In this document: one piece after another, positions 10,901 through 20,032 of the stretch
Layout of the letters: every line of letters begins with the position of its first letter
How positions within the stretch are numbered: the stretch's first letter is position 1
DNA from: an uncultured Polyangiaceae bacterium
GTDB taxonomy: Bacteria; Acidobacteriota; Thermoanaerobaculia; Multivoradales; JAHEKO01
Assembly (NCBI GenBank): GCA_964195975.1
Contig: CAXMQZ010000037.1
Span: 23,721-87,720 of the forward strand
Reading direction: 5' to 3'
Length of the DNA stretch: 64,000 nucleotides
Translations under genes and position numbers: made by a program
Notes under the pieces: model-generated
What the model saw: only the letters and a program-made list of their open reading frames with translations
Told to the model about the DNA's origin: nothing
The model's database searches: none

Positions 10901-11350
10901 CTCTCGCTGCAAAGGCGCGTTGATCACCACCGACGGGAAGATCTGATCCAGCTGCTTTTCTAAAACGAAATTCGCGGTGGACCCGAAGTCGGGGAAGAGC
11001 TGCAGAAATTCTTCTTCGACCCCCAGGAGATCTACGCCTGATGCACGCCGCCCGGATGACGGGTTCTTGATCGATCCTCGAAGCAAGATCGAGCGCCCGA
11101 CCGATCCGGTCTCCAAATGGGACGAAACATCCGGCTGCTCGAGAATTCGGTCAACCAGAGCCACATCGAAGAAGCGATCATTGAGCAGAACCTGGTCTAT
11201 GTTCCCAAGCCTGTCGAGAGTAAGCCGGCGGAGACTCTCACGCATCGAATCGCCGACCAGAAGAGCGCCAGTTACCACCGCCGTCGTGATCGCCACTCCG
11301 GCAATCACTGCGAGATTCATCCGCCAGAAATAAATCAGATTTCTAAACAC
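7952..11350 (-). CDS. ABC transporter permease with two FtsX/MacB-type permease domains (YbbP-like)
   Basis: 1132 aa. Repeated blocks of four TM helices separated by large extracytoplasmic domains. It overlaps the upstream ATPase gene by 16 nt. Confidence 0.75.
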   Translation of the reverse strand: MFRNLIYFWRMNLAVIAGVAITTAVVTGALLVGDSMRESLRRLTLDRLGNIDQVLLNDRFFDVALVDRILEQPDVSSHLETGSVGRSILLRGSIKNPSSGRRASGVDLLGVEEEFLQLFPDFGSTANFVLEKQLDQIFPSVVINAPLQRELGVEVGDDVLVSFGRSSDVPRVSLLGRREDADLLDTLRLTVAGVIPARGPGRFGLRPQQTRPLNAFVDLALLQRRLDRPDQINALLLPVSQSREIHAALDAALERVLEVGDLGLEITKQDSYLTIESRELVIRPGIASAIDRLAAEAEADSWPVLTYLANQIESPGHTLPYSTVTALSLPAPSSLGLFRYSDETSPIVLTPDQIVLNTWAAEDLDVDVGDEIRMSYFLVGAKDELVTESRTFQVTAIVELEGLAADSTLTPDVPGVTGADDMASWDPPFPVDLDLVRPQDEEYWDLYGATPKAFVDIDVGQELWKSRYGQITSVRLLPRDSAKLDELEQVLRRDLPTDLSPIAAGFSWLPVRQQGLDAASGTSDFAGLFSGFSLFLIVAAVLLVVLLFTLLVEQRGREAGLLLALGYQPRQLQRKMMLEGGLLATIGAAGGAILALFYARLVLRGLETWWAPVVESTFLEIHVRPVTILMGALISVVLVLAAILKAVRRISRVPARRLLAGEVELATKTSGQTRRPLIVTALSLALALGLFVTSITAAQDSSPALFFGIGAALVAAGIAGFSLWCRRSGRTETRFCRTSMLQIAARNSARHSGRSLLSVALVASASFVLVSVTANRKNPLAGALDLHSGIGGLTLVAESDISLPVQLTTYLEQLGTGLVADDHSQQSPEPPPEVLSLRLLRGEDVSCLNLYQPEKPRILGVPEDFVARDAFRFRSSLEEVDNPWTLLQTTFEDGAIPAVGDYNSVLWILHLGLGKDLVMHDDSGTEIHLRIVGLLDASIFQSELLISEDNFIEHFPGQAGYGYFLASPPNSELSSSIDHLEELLTPFGFDAGSSSERLASYQAVENMYLATFEALGGLGLILGTLGLAVVLLRNVIERQGELATLRAFGYRKARIASMVVAENAFLLAVGLLIGAISGIVAVAPHLITGHITVPWRSLAAILTTVFGVGLLASIGAVLTSLRIPLLPALKAE

Positions 11351-12033
11351 CGGCCTTCTTGGAGCTCCATTCGGCGATCGAATCGGTTGGCTAGATCCAT
11401 GCTGTGGGTCACGACAAGGAGCATGTTGGACTCCCGACGGTGGAGATCGAACAGAAGGGTCGTGATCGAGTCGGCTGTGGTGCTATCGAGGCTCCCAGTG
11501 GGTTCGTCGCAGAGCAGCAAACGGGGTCGGGTCATCAAGGCCCTGGCGACGGCCACTCTCTGGCGCTCTCCGCCGGACAACTCGGCGGGCCGGTGATGCA
11601 GGCGATCCGACAGACCCACCCGTTCCACAAGGGATCGCGCCCAGTCGTCCTCTTCCTTGCTACAACGTCCGAAGGCGAGGGCGGGCATCAATACGTTTTC
11701 CAGAACGGAGTACTGAGGCAGGAGATGAGAATCCTGGAATACAAATCCAACCGTCCTGTTTCGAAAGTGGGCTAGATCGTAACCGGACAGGTCCGAGGTG
11801 TCTTGACCTGCAATCTCAACCCGACCCGAGGTCGCCGTATCGAGAGTCCCGATGATATGAAGCAGAGTGCTTTTTCCCGATCCTGAAGGACCGGTCAGTA
11901 CGACCTTTCCGGCGGCTTCGAGATCGAACGTGACTCCTCGGAGCACTTCAACCCTCTGAGATCCAAGCTCGAATGTTTTTGTGAGCTCCGAGATTCGAAG
12001 CCCAAGGTTTTCTTTCGATGGTTGTGTGTCCAT
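11335..12033 (-). CDS. ABC transporter ATP-binding protein (LolD/MacB/YbbA-like)
   Basis: Walker A GPSGSGKST, signature LSGGERQRVAVARAL, Walker B LLLCDEPTGSLD. Confidence 0.9.
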   Translation of the reverse strand: MDTQPSKENLGLRISELTKTFELGSQRVEVLRGVTFDLEAAGKVVLTGPSGSGKSTLLHIIGTLDTATSGRVEIAGQDTSDLSGYDLAHFRNRTVGFVFQDSHLLPQYSVLENVLMPALAFGRCSKEEDDWARSLVERVGLSDRLHHRPAELSGGERQRVAVARALMTRPRLLLCDEPTGSLDSTTADSITTLLFDLHRRESNMLLVVTHSMDLANRFDRRMELQEGRCLEI

Positions 12034-12349
12034 AGGACTATTTAGATCCTGAGGTCGAAAGTTGTTTCGGCCAGGGAGTCAAAGAGAGCGTATCGCCTGG
12101 GTTGGATGTTTTCCACTCGTCGAGTTGGACCTGTAGTCACCATCGCCTAGACGCCAATCCGATTTCTGTGGCCGTGACGCCAATGAGAGCTCCCTGCTGT
12201 GAGACTACCTACGGGTTTCGAGTGCGTGAGTTGCCTACCGCGCAGGCTATTCTTTTTCGATAAGATTCCCTACTTCCGTACCACAGATATCGGGCATACT
12301 AGGGGAACCCTCATTATCGCCAAATCTCGAAGCGAAAAACGGAACCATT

Positions 12350-14812
12350 ATGAACGCCCAGCAAGAGATTGAACCCTACGATCCTTCCTCGATCGAGTCG
12401 AAATGGCAGCAGCGGTGGGAAGAGCAGGGTCTGTATCACGCGAATGTCGACCCAGATCGTCCGAAGTTCTACGCTTTGACGATGCTGCCCTACCCGTCAG
12501 GTGAGCTTCATGTCGGGCATTGGTACTCCGTGACTCCGCCAGACGCTCGGGCGCGGTTCAAGCGGATGCAGGGTTTCAATGTGATGTTTCCGATGGGCTT
12601 CGATGCTTTTGGGCTGCCGGCGGAGAACGCTGCGATCCAAAGAAAGATTCACCCTCGAGAGTGGACCTACGGGAACATCGACCGCATGCGGGAGCAATTT
12701 CGCCGTATGGGAGCCATGATCGATTGGCGACGCGAAGCAGTGTCGGCCGATCCAGAGTACTTCCGCTGGACTCAGTGGTTCTTCTTGAAGCTGTTGGAGC
12801 ATGACCTGGTCTACCGGCAGAAAGCTCCGGTCGACTGGTGTCCGAGCTGCAATACGACGTTGGCTCGCGAACAGGTCTGGGGCGACGACCGGAGGTGTGA
12901 GCGCTGTCGAACGCCTGTGATCCGCAAGGAGCTGGAGCAGTGGTTTTTTCGCACTACCCGATATGCCGACGAGCTACTGGATTTTTCGGAGATCGACTGG
13001 CCGGAAAGAGTGCGAGTGCTACAGACAAACTGGATCGGTCGATCTGAGGGTGCCAATGTCGTCTTCCAGACTGAGACCGAGGACGAGATCGAGGTCTTTA
13101 CCACCCGACCCGACACCCTCTGGGGTGCAACCTTCATGGTGCTCGCACCAGAACATCCGTTGGTGCCCAGTCTTACCACCGAGGATCAGCGCGACGCTGT
13201 CGAAACCTATGTCCTTGATGCGAGTCGACAGACGGCTATTCAGCGTGAGTCGGCCGATCGGGAAAAGACCGGTATTTTTACCGGATCCTATGCCATCAAC
13301 CCGGTTACCGATGAGCGCATTCCTATCTGGATCGCCGATTATGTTCTGACCAGCTATGGCACCGGAGCGATCATGGCCGTGCCGGCCCACGATCAGAGAG
13401 ATTTCGAATTTGCTCGAAAGTACGATCTGGAGATTCGACCGGTGATTCAACCTGTCGATGAACCTCTCATCGACGGGCATCAGATGGAATTTGCCACGAC
13501 GCACCATGGAACCATGGTTCACTCTGGACCTCTCGATGGCACCCCAGCCAACGAGGCCGTGGAGGCCGCTATCACGTATTTGGAAGAGAAGGAAGCCGGA
13601 GTCGGGGCAGTGGGCTATCGACTTCGGGACTGGCTGATCTCACGACAGAGATACTGGGGCACTCCTATTCCGGTCATCTACTGCAAGAGCTGCGGACCTG
13701 TTGCGGTGCCCGAAGACGAGCTTCCTGTAGAGCTTCCGGAGGATGTCGAGTGGTTGCCCACTGGTGAGAGCCCACTCAAGCTTCATCCAAGCTGGAGATT
13801 CACCTCTTGCCCAAAATGTGGCGAAGAGGCAGAGCGCGAAACCGACACGATGGACACGTTTGTCTGTTCGTCTTGGTATCACCTGAGATATCTGAGCCCC
13901 CAGTATTCGGAGGGTCCATTTGATCCTCGGGAGTACGACTATTGGATGCCGGTGGACAGCTACACAGGAGGGATCGAGCACGCGACGATGCACCTGATCT
14001 ACACCCGTTTCTTTCATAAGGCTTGTAGGGACATGGGTATCGTCAAAGGCGATGAGCCGATGCAACAGCTCCGCAATCAAGGTCTGGTGCTCGGCGAGGA
14101 TTCCGAGAAGATGTCGAAGAGCCGCGGCAATGTCGTCGCGCCTGATGAGCTCGTCGACCGCTATGGCGCGGATGCGGTTCGCAGCTACTTGATGTTTTTT
14201 GCTCGTTGGGATCAGGGCGGACCTTGGAGCAGCTGTGGCATTGAAGGCACCTGGAGATGGCTCAAACGATTCTGGAACCTCGTGCTGGAGCCGGTCGAGG
14301 AATCTTCCGCCGATTCAGAGACGAGCCGGCAGCTGCGGAGAAAGGTCCATCAGACTCTGGCCCAAGTCACCCACGCCTTCGAGTCCTATCAGTTCAACAC
14401 GATCGTTGCTGCCCTGATGGAGCTGATGAACGAGATGATTCGCGCCCGCAGGGTGGGTGGAGCAGATAAGGAAGCATGGGATGAAGCTGTAGACATCTAC
14501 CTTCGAATGATGGCTCCCATTACTCCTCACATCTCGGAGGAGCTCTGGCAACGTTTGGGAAAATCAGGGTCGGTTCATGTCCAGAGTTGGCCTGAGGTCG
14601 ATGAGCTCGCACTCGTCGAAGACGAGATTACTCTAGTCGTTCAAGTAAACGGAAAGGTGCGAGATCGCCTCGTCATGCCTGTGTCGGCAACCGACGACGA
14701 AGCCAAGGAGAGGGCCCTTCAGAGTGAAGGAGCCCTGCGGTTTACCGATGGAAAGACCATTCGCAAGGTCATCGTGGTTCCAGGGCGCCTGGTCAACATC
14801 GTCGCCAACTGA
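12350..14812 (+). CDS. leuS: Leucine--tRNA ligase
   Basis: 820 aa. HIGH-type motif ELHVGHWYS, KMSKS motif EKMSKSRGN and the CP1 editing region are all present. Confidence 0.95.
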   Translation: MNAQQEIEPYDPSSIESKWQQRWEEQGLYHANVDPDRPKFYALTMLPYPSGELHVGHWYSVTPPDARARFKRMQGFNVMFPMGFDAFGLPAENAAIQRKIHPREWTYGNIDRMREQFRRMGAMIDWRREAVSADPEYFRWTQWFFLKLLEHDLVYRQKAPVDWCPSCNTTLAREQVWGDDRRCERCRTPVIRKELEQWFFRTTRYADELLDFSEIDWPERVRVLQTNWIGRSEGANVVFQTETEDEIEVFTTRPDTLWGATFMVLAPEHPLVPSLTTEDQRDAVETYVLDASRQTAIQRESADREKTGIFTGSYAINPVTDERIPIWIADYVLTSYGTGAIMAVPAHDQRDFEFARKYDLEIRPVIQPVDEPLIDGHQMEFATTHHGTMVHSGPLDGTPANEAVEAAITYLEEKEAGVGAVGYRLRDWLISRQRYWGTPIPVIYCKSCGPVAVPEDELPVELPEDVEWLPTGESPLKLHPSWRFTSCPKCGEEAERETDTMDTFVCSSWYHLRYLSPQYSEGPFDPREYDYWMPVDSYTGGIEHATMHLIYTRFFHKACRDMGIVKGDEPMQQLRNQGLVLGEDSEKMSKSRGNVVAPDELVDRYGADAVRSYLMFFARWDQGGPWSSCGIEGTWRWLKRFWNLVLEPVEESSADSETSRQLRRKVHQTLAQVTHAFESYQFNTIVAALMELMNEMIRARRVGGADKEAWDEAVDIYLRMMAPITPHISEELWQRLGKSGSVHVQSWPEVDELALVEDEITLVVQVNGKVRDRLVMPVSATDDEAKERALQSEGALRFTDGKTIRKVIVVPGRLVNIVAN

Positions 14813-14814
14813 GG

Positions 14815-15306
14815 ATGAAATTGGACAAGAATCGAGAACCGTCGCTTCAAGAGCGCTATGCGCCAAACAACAAGTGTTTTGGCTGCGGCCCCTCAAACGC
14901 GCAGGGTTTGAGAATACGCAGCTTTCCAATCGAGGGCTCTCCGCACAGCGAAGTCGTCGCCGAATGGACACCTCGGCCCTGCTACGAGGCATTCGACAAT
15001 ATTCTCAATGGCGGCATCATCGGAACGCTCATGGATTGCCATAGCAATTGGACCGCTATCTGGCATTTGATGTGTCGTGACGATCTGGATAAGGCACCTC
15101 ACACGGTCACAGCGGATTTTCACATCATGCTGAGACGCCCAACACCAACTGATCGTCCGGTCAGACTCATAGCTCAGGCTGTGGAATCCGATGGTCCTCG
15201 GGTGAGGGTCGAGTGCAAGCTGCTGTCGGGCGAGACGGTAACGGCCTCATGTACAGGGAATTTTGTAACGGTAGGGCCTGGTCATCCTGCATATCGGCGC
15301 TGGTAG
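14815..15306 (+). CDS. PaaI-family hotdog-fold thioesterase
   Basis: 163 aa. The N-terminal ...NNKCFGCGPSNAQGLRIRSF motif is, as far as I recall, characteristic of PaaI/4HBT-type thioesterases. It begins 2 nt after the leuS stop. Confidence 0.55.
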   Translation: MKLDKNREPSLQERYAPNNKCFGCGPSNAQGLRIRSFPIEGSPHSEVVAEWTPRPCYEAFDNILNGGIIGTLMDCHSNWTAIWHLMCRDDLDKAPHTVTADFHIMLRRPTPTDRPVRLIAQAVESDGPRVRVECKLLSGETVTASCTGNFVTVGPGHPAYRRW

Positions 15307-15316
15307 GCGAGATCGA

Positions 15317-15784
15317 TCAGATAGCAGTTTCGCTGCTGTTTTCCGACGCGACGATTTTGTCCGCAATAGAGGTTGGGATCGCTATCGGGCGTAGGCCCTC
15401 CGGATCGTCCATGACGCAGCAAACCGATGCTGTCTGACCACGCGCGATGAGTTCCCCGTCGACTGTGAAGGTGATCTCGTAGCTCATCGATCGGCGGCCT
15501 ACTTTGAGTATCTGGACCCGAATCTCCAGGACGTCGCCAAGTCGTGCCGGACGGAAGTACTGACACTTGGCCTCCACCCGAGGCCACCCGATATGAAGTC
15601 CATCGATCTCCATATGGACTTCGGCACCCAGGACGCGGAGAAGCTCGTGCTCGGCGGTCTCCATGAAGACGAAGAAACGGGAGAAGTGAACGATCCCGCC
15701 CATGTCGGTGTCGGCAAATTCGACTCTACGGGACGTGTGGATCTCCGATACAGGAAATACGACATCTCGATCGGAATCAGGCAT
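15317..15784 (-). CDS. YbgC/4HBT-family acyl-CoA thioesterase (hotdog fold); start at internal Met (MPDSDRD...)
   Basis: C-terminal 155 aa ...VVFPVSEIHTSRRVEFADTDMGGIVHFSRFFVFMETAEHELL... resembles YbgC-type thioesterases. The upstream 67 codons of the ORF are Arg/Ser-rich and overlap the GT4 gene, so the internal ATG is used. Its start overlaps the GT4 stop (ATGCCTGA). Confidence 0.55.
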   Translation of the reverse strand: MPDSDRDVVFPVSEIHTSRRVEFADTDMGGIVHFSRFFVFMETAEHELLRVLGAEVHMEIDGLHIGWPRVEAKCQYFRPARLGDVLEIRVQILKVGRRSMSYEITFTVDGELIARGQTASVCCVMDDPEGLRPIAIPTSIADKIVASENSSETAI

Positions 15785-17093
15785 GAATAGCCCCCTCCTT
15801 GCTACGGCTGAGAATGTGCTCGTAGACCGCGAGAGTACGGCGGGCCATCGCTTCAGCGTTGTAGATCTGCTCGACTGCACGTCGTCCCTGCTTCCCGAGC
15901 TCGAACCTCTGGAATTGATTGTCCCCGAGCTCGCGAATCGTCTCGGCCAGGGCCTCGCTGGAATTTGGCTGAACGAGGAGGCCACCTCCCGAATTCTCGA
16001 TCAGCTCGGTGAAGGCGCCATGATTTGGCTGGACCACCGGTGTGGAAGCGGCCCAGGCTTCGAGGACAAACAGACCCTTCGGCTCCCGGTAGGTCGTCGG
16101 GACGGACAAAATATCGATATCGTGCAGCATCGCAATCTTCTGGGCTCGGTCGACCTCGCCGAGACTCTCGACGCTACCGTCGGCGATCCAGGGAGACAGT
16201 TTGCTGAGCTGCTCCTCGAAATAGACTTTGTCTCTGCTGCTCAGATAGCCAGCCAGCTTGAGCTTGAAGCGTTCGCCGCCGGGTTCCCGCTTGATCTGGT
16301 CGAAGGCATCGCAAAGAAGATGCAGTCCTTTTTCCGGACACAGCCGAGCGAGGTACCCGATGGTTACCGTGTCGAGATCGGTCTCGGTCTCTTCGGCTAC
16401 TTCGAAGTCGTCCAGGTGGATTCCCAGAGGTACGACTTGAATCCGTTCTGATGGCACTTGGAGTAGCCTCGTCATTTCCGAGGCGTAGTAGCGACTCGTA
16501 GCGACAAAGCCATCGATCTGATTTGCGTGAGCAACCATCTCGCGATGGACTCCGCGACGAAAATCGTCGGTCAATTCGGCGAGGTAGAGATCTTCCCCGG
16601 TAAGCCCACAAACCACAGGAACATCGAGCTCCTGTCGAATTGCGCCGCCGATGCCAAGAAACATGGCGTTGGTAATTTGAACCAGATCCGGTTTGAAAGT
16701 CTCCACAAACTCGAGCAACCGATGCAATTCCTTCTGCTGATACCCATCCTCTGCTTGTAGCACCGATAGAGTGAGGGCTCCGAGCAACCCGGCATCGGTC
16801 GAGCCGGCAAATCGAGACACCCAGCGGAGTAAACCTGGGCGGTCGAGGAGCCTGTCGAGAAAGCGAGGCGACCGCCTGAATAGTGAAGATTTCTGTTGCA
16901 GATAGACGTTGACCGCTCCGTAGAAGACCGGTTCGAGGCTGACGTCCTTCTCATCAGTTTTCATCGGTGTATAGGTCGGGATGAGAGCGACATCATGGCC
17001 TTTGTCGATCAAGGCCGAGGCAAGAGTGTTGTCATGTAGACAACTCCCGCAATACATACCGGCCGCGCCGGCGGCTATGTAGGCAATCTTCAC
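15777..17093 (-). CDS. Glycosyltransferase family 4 (GT-B, group 1)
   Basis: 438 aa. The EX7E region ...EPKGLFVLEAWAASTPVV is present. An N-terminal Rossmann-like domain is present. Confidence 0.8.
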   Translation of the reverse strand: MKIAYIAAGAAGMYCGSCLHDNTLASALIDKGHDVALIPTYTPMKTDEKDVSLEPVFYGAVNVYLQQKSSLFRRSPRFLDRLLDRPGLLRWVSRFAGSTDAGLLGALTLSVLQAEDGYQQKELHRLLEFVETFKPDLVQITNAMFLGIGGAIRQELDVPVVCGLTGEDLYLAELTDDFRRGVHREMVAHANQIDGFVATSRYYASEMTRLLQVPSERIQVVPLGIHLDDFEVAEETETDLDTVTIGYLARLCPEKGLHLLCDAFDQIKREPGGERFKLKLAGYLSSRDKVYFEEQLSKLSPWIADGSVESLGEVDRAQKIAMLHDIDILSVPTTYREPKGLFVLEAWAASTPVVQPNHGAFTELIENSGGGLLVQPNSSEALAETIRELGDNQFQRFELGKQGRRAVEQIYNAEAMARRTLAVYEHILSRSKEGAIHA

Positions 17094-18568
17094 GATTTGG
17101 ACTTCGTCTCAGTCAATCCGTCTGAGAAAAACCTGTTCACCACTCGAGGTTCTGGCTTCGGGCTCAAAAGCGATCCCACAATCATCGCGACAATCGCGGC
17201 CGCGAGTATGACAGCCACGGGCATAATCCCTGTACTCGCAACGGTGTAGCCGGGAGTGGCCCAGGCTTGGGACAGGAAATAGGTCCAGAGGACTGCGACG
17301 GTCAAAAGGACCGCCCAGGCTCCTTGTTTGGTGCTTCGTCGCCAGTACAGGGCCGCGACTACGATCGGAAAGAGGGAGGCGAAACCGGTAAACGACCAAA
17401 TACCAAGACGAAAAATACTCCGGTTTGAGACGAGCGAAAGCAAGTAGGTAGCCACCAGGAGCGCTACCACGAACCAGCGGCCTGTTCGTACGACACTTCG
17501 TTCTTCCGCTCCCTCGGTGGAAGCATGTCTCTTCACGATGTCCTGAGTGAAGAGTGTGCTGAGCGATAGGATTTGCGAGTCCAATGACGACATCACGGCT
17601 GCAAAAACACCTGCACCGAGCAGTCCCGCGAGCACTTTTGGGGCGAACTCCGAAATCATACGCAAGAGAACGGCATTGGAGGCTGGACCTTGTAGGTCAG
17701 GTACTGCGGCGCTTCCGGCTACGCCCAGAAGCACGCTGGGCACCCAAACGATGGCGATGCAGATTGGGTAGGCCACGATCGCGAGCTTGAACGTTTCTAC
17801 TCGCTGGGCGGTGAGCCAGTGCATGAAAATGTGGGGAAACATTCCGATCGACAGAGGTATGAATGTATAGCTGATCAATGTAGTGGCCGGGATCCTGCTG
17901 CCGTGCATCAACAAGGCTGGATCGACGCTCTTCAGGGCGCCATCGAGACCGCCCAGGTGACGAAAGATGATGACAACGGAAACGGCACCCAGAGTCATGA
18001 AAACCAGTGCCTGGAGTGTGTTGGCCCATGAGGTCGATCGGACACCCCCAACGACGACATAGATTGCTACGACAAGACATATCAGCAGGCTGCCGAGCCA
18101 TTGCGGCACCAAACCGTCGGTGATCGCTTCGAAGGTAATACCGGCTCCCATGACACCGATGAGGAGGTAGGGAACCAAGAGGGCGACAAGCAGTACGAAG
18201 AGTCCGACCCCTAGGCTTGGAGAATCCCATCGCTCGCGAAAAAACTGAACTTGGGTCACGAAACCGTGACGTTTTCCGAGTACCCACAGGCGCGTACCGA
18301 CAAACATAAACACGACTGGCACGACGAAGGCGGAGCTCGAGGCCATCAGGCTAAATACTCCGATTCCCTGGTGATAAGCCTCGCCCGAAGCTCCTAGCAT
18401 GGCAAAGGCGGTCATGTGAGTGCCAAACAGAGTCATCAGGAGCACAAATGGACCGATGGTCCGACTTGCCAGGAAGTAGTCCTCGCCGGTGCCACGGAAG
18501 AGACGATGGCCGAGCAATCCGACGCTCAAGACGAGGACGAGATAGAGAACGAGAACTGCGAGAGTCAT
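17090..18568 (-). CDS. Sodium:solute symporter family (SSS) transporter
   Basis: 492 aa polytopic protein with SSS-like topology. A DUF3311-like small partner sits immediately upstream with a 4-nt overlap. Confidence 0.8.
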   Translation of the reverse strand: MTLAVLVLYLVLVLSVGLLGHRLFRGTGEDYFLASRTIGPFVLLMTLFGTHMTAFAMLGASGEAYHQGIGVFSLMASSSAFVVPVVFMFVGTRLWVLGKRHGFVTQVQFFRERWDSPSLGVGLFVLLVALLVPYLLIGVMGAGITFEAITDGLVPQWLGSLLICLVVAIYVVVGGVRSTSWANTLQALVFMTLGAVSVVIIFRHLGGLDGALKSVDPALLMHGSRIPATTLISYTFIPLSIGMFPHIFMHWLTAQRVETFKLAIVAYPICIAIVWVPSVLLGVAGSAAVPDLQGPASNAVLLRMISEFAPKVLAGLLGAGVFAAVMSSLDSQILSLSTLFTQDIVKRHASTEGAEERSVVRTGRWFVVALLVATYLLSLVSNRSIFRLGIWSFTGFASLFPIVVAALYWRRSTKQGAWAVLLTVAVLWTYFLSQAWATPGYTVASTGIMPVAVILAAAIVAMIVGSLLSPKPEPRVVNRFFSDGLTETKSKS

Positions 18569-18768
18569 CGATCGGCCGGTTCTGTGGCACCCAGGCGCCG
18601 GACCAAAAAGGCCATGGCGAGGGAGATCAAAAGACAGTAGCCGATATGATAGGCGAGACCGACAGGGATTCCACCTAGTACGGTGTCATATCTCCGCCAG
18701 AGCCAGAAATCGTTGTGAAGGAGGTAGAGCACCGCCAACATGAACGCAACAGTGAGACTTCTATTCAA
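18565..18768 (-). CDS. DUF3311-like small membrane protein (SSS-transporter partner; YhdT-like)
   Basis: 67 aa with two TM helices. ATGA overlap with the symporter gene. YhdT/PanF-like small subunits typically sit upstream of SSS transporters. Confidence 0.5.
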   Translation of the reverse strand: MNRSLTVAFMLAVLYLLHNDFWLWRRYDTVLGGIPVGLAYHIGYCLLISLAMAFLVRRLGATEPADR

Positions 18769-20030
18769 GACGTGGTCTCCGCCGCTGCCATCTGGGAAGT
18801 TGGCGAAACGGTCTCATCGAGCCCCTTGAGAAGGTCGTCCACCGGTCGGGTGAAGACATGCCCCATCAGTAGATCGACAAGTTGTCCCTTGCACTCAGGG
18901 TAGCGTCTCAAGAATTTTGAAAAACTGAAATCGGGATCGTAGAAAGCGGATACCAGCTTGCGCATCGCTTCGGCACCTCTTCTGAGCTCAGGCTCGAAAG
19001 CACGAAGCTTGTCGATATCGATCTCGGGCTCGGACAGAGCCGCGCAGATACATTCGGCAGCCATCGCGCCTGACTTGAGAGCGAGAAACACACCCGTGGA
19101 ATATATGGGATCGACAAAACCCCCTGCGTCGCCGACTAGGACCCAACTGTCACCAACCATGGACTCGACACTGTAGGAATAGTCCTTGGCTACCAAAACG
19201 GGTCGGGCCTGTCGCGCACCCTCGAGCCGTGGACTCAAGGCGGGGCACCGTTCCAGCTGGAGTTGGAAAACACTCTGTGGATCTCCGTTGGCCCCTCGTG
19301 CCAGGTAGTCGACAGGGCCTACCACCCCTACACTGACTCGATCGTCGGGTAGTGGGATGAACCAGAACCACGCCTTGTGGTCGGTCGTGTGGAGAATGAG
19401 GGTCGCCCCGGCATCGCGCCCGCAATCACGTTGCGCCCCTTCGAAATGAGTGTAGTAGGCGGCATGGCGTAGGGTGGGATCTGGAACCAGGAGCTCGAGC
19501 TGCCGAGCAAGGAGGGCTCTTTGACCGGTTGCATCTACAACGATTCGGGCGTCGAGCTCTCCTACGGTCCCGAATTCGTCTTCGAAGCGAACACCTGTGA
19601 TCCGATCATCCTTCTCCAGATAGCGTTTCGCCCAACAACCTCGTCGGATTTCTGCGCCTCTTGTTGCTGCCTGATTGATAAGCATTTGGTCGAAGCGGCT
19701 TCGCAACACTTGCCAGGTCCGTGAGCTCTCTACCGGATCGTGATCCTCGAAATAGAACGGTGTCGTTGCTTTGCCGTTGCCGGCAAAGAACTGGACACTA
19801 CCCTTGACTGGAAATGAGCTCGTTTTCATAGTCTCGAGAACTCCCAGCTTCTGAAAAATCTGATAACAGGCCGGCATCAGAGACTCACCTATGCTAAAGG
19901 TGGGCTGAGAAGAGCGTTCCAATACGACAACTCGGTAGCCTTGCTGAGCAACAAGATTTGCAACCGTGGCGCCTCCAGGACCGCCTCCGACAACGATTAC
20001 GTCATAGTTTTCGTGTGCTTCGATGGCCAT
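18765..20030 (-). CDS. FAD-dependent oxidoreductase of the flavin-dependent halogenase family (tryptophan-halogenase-like)
   Basis: GxGxxG VVGGGPGGA, GDAGGFVDPIYSTG and the halogenase signature WxWxIP (KAWFWFIPLPDD) are present. Confidence 0.65.
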   Translation of the reverse strand: MAIEAHENYDVIVVGGGPGGATVANLVAQQGYRVVVLERSSQPTFSIGESLMPACYQIFQKLGVLETMKTSSFPVKGSVQFFAGNGKATTPFYFEDHDPVESSRTWQVLRSRFDQMLINQAATRGAEIRRGCWAKRYLEKDDRITGVRFEDEFGTVGELDARIVVDATGQRALLARQLELLVPDPTLRHAAYYTHFEGAQRDCGRDAGATLILHTTDHKAWFWFIPLPDDRVSVGVVGPVDYLARGANGDPQSVFQLQLERCPALSPRLEGARQARPVLVAKDYSYSVESMVGDSWVLVGDAGGFVDPIYSTGVFLALKSGAMAAECICAALSEPEIDIDKLRAFEPELRRGAEAMRKLVSAFYDPDFSFSKFLRRYPECKGQLVDLLMGHVFTRPVDDLLKGLDETVSPTSQMAAAETTS

Positions 20031-20032
20031 GG

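Noticed and set aside
15785-15985. 67-codon N-terminal extension (GTG start) of the YbgC-like thioesterase ORF
   Set aside because: Overlaps the 3' end of the GT4 gene. It is Ser/Arg-rich and non-homologous. An internal ATG with 8-nt stop/start overlap is the more plausible initiation site
18765-20030. Calling the flavoprotein a bona fide tryptophan halogenase that makes a halogenated natural product
   Set aside because: Only the two family signatures are visible. I cannot verify the catalytic Lys/Glu without alignment. Many TBDR-linked family members are of unknown function, so it is kept as halogenase-like
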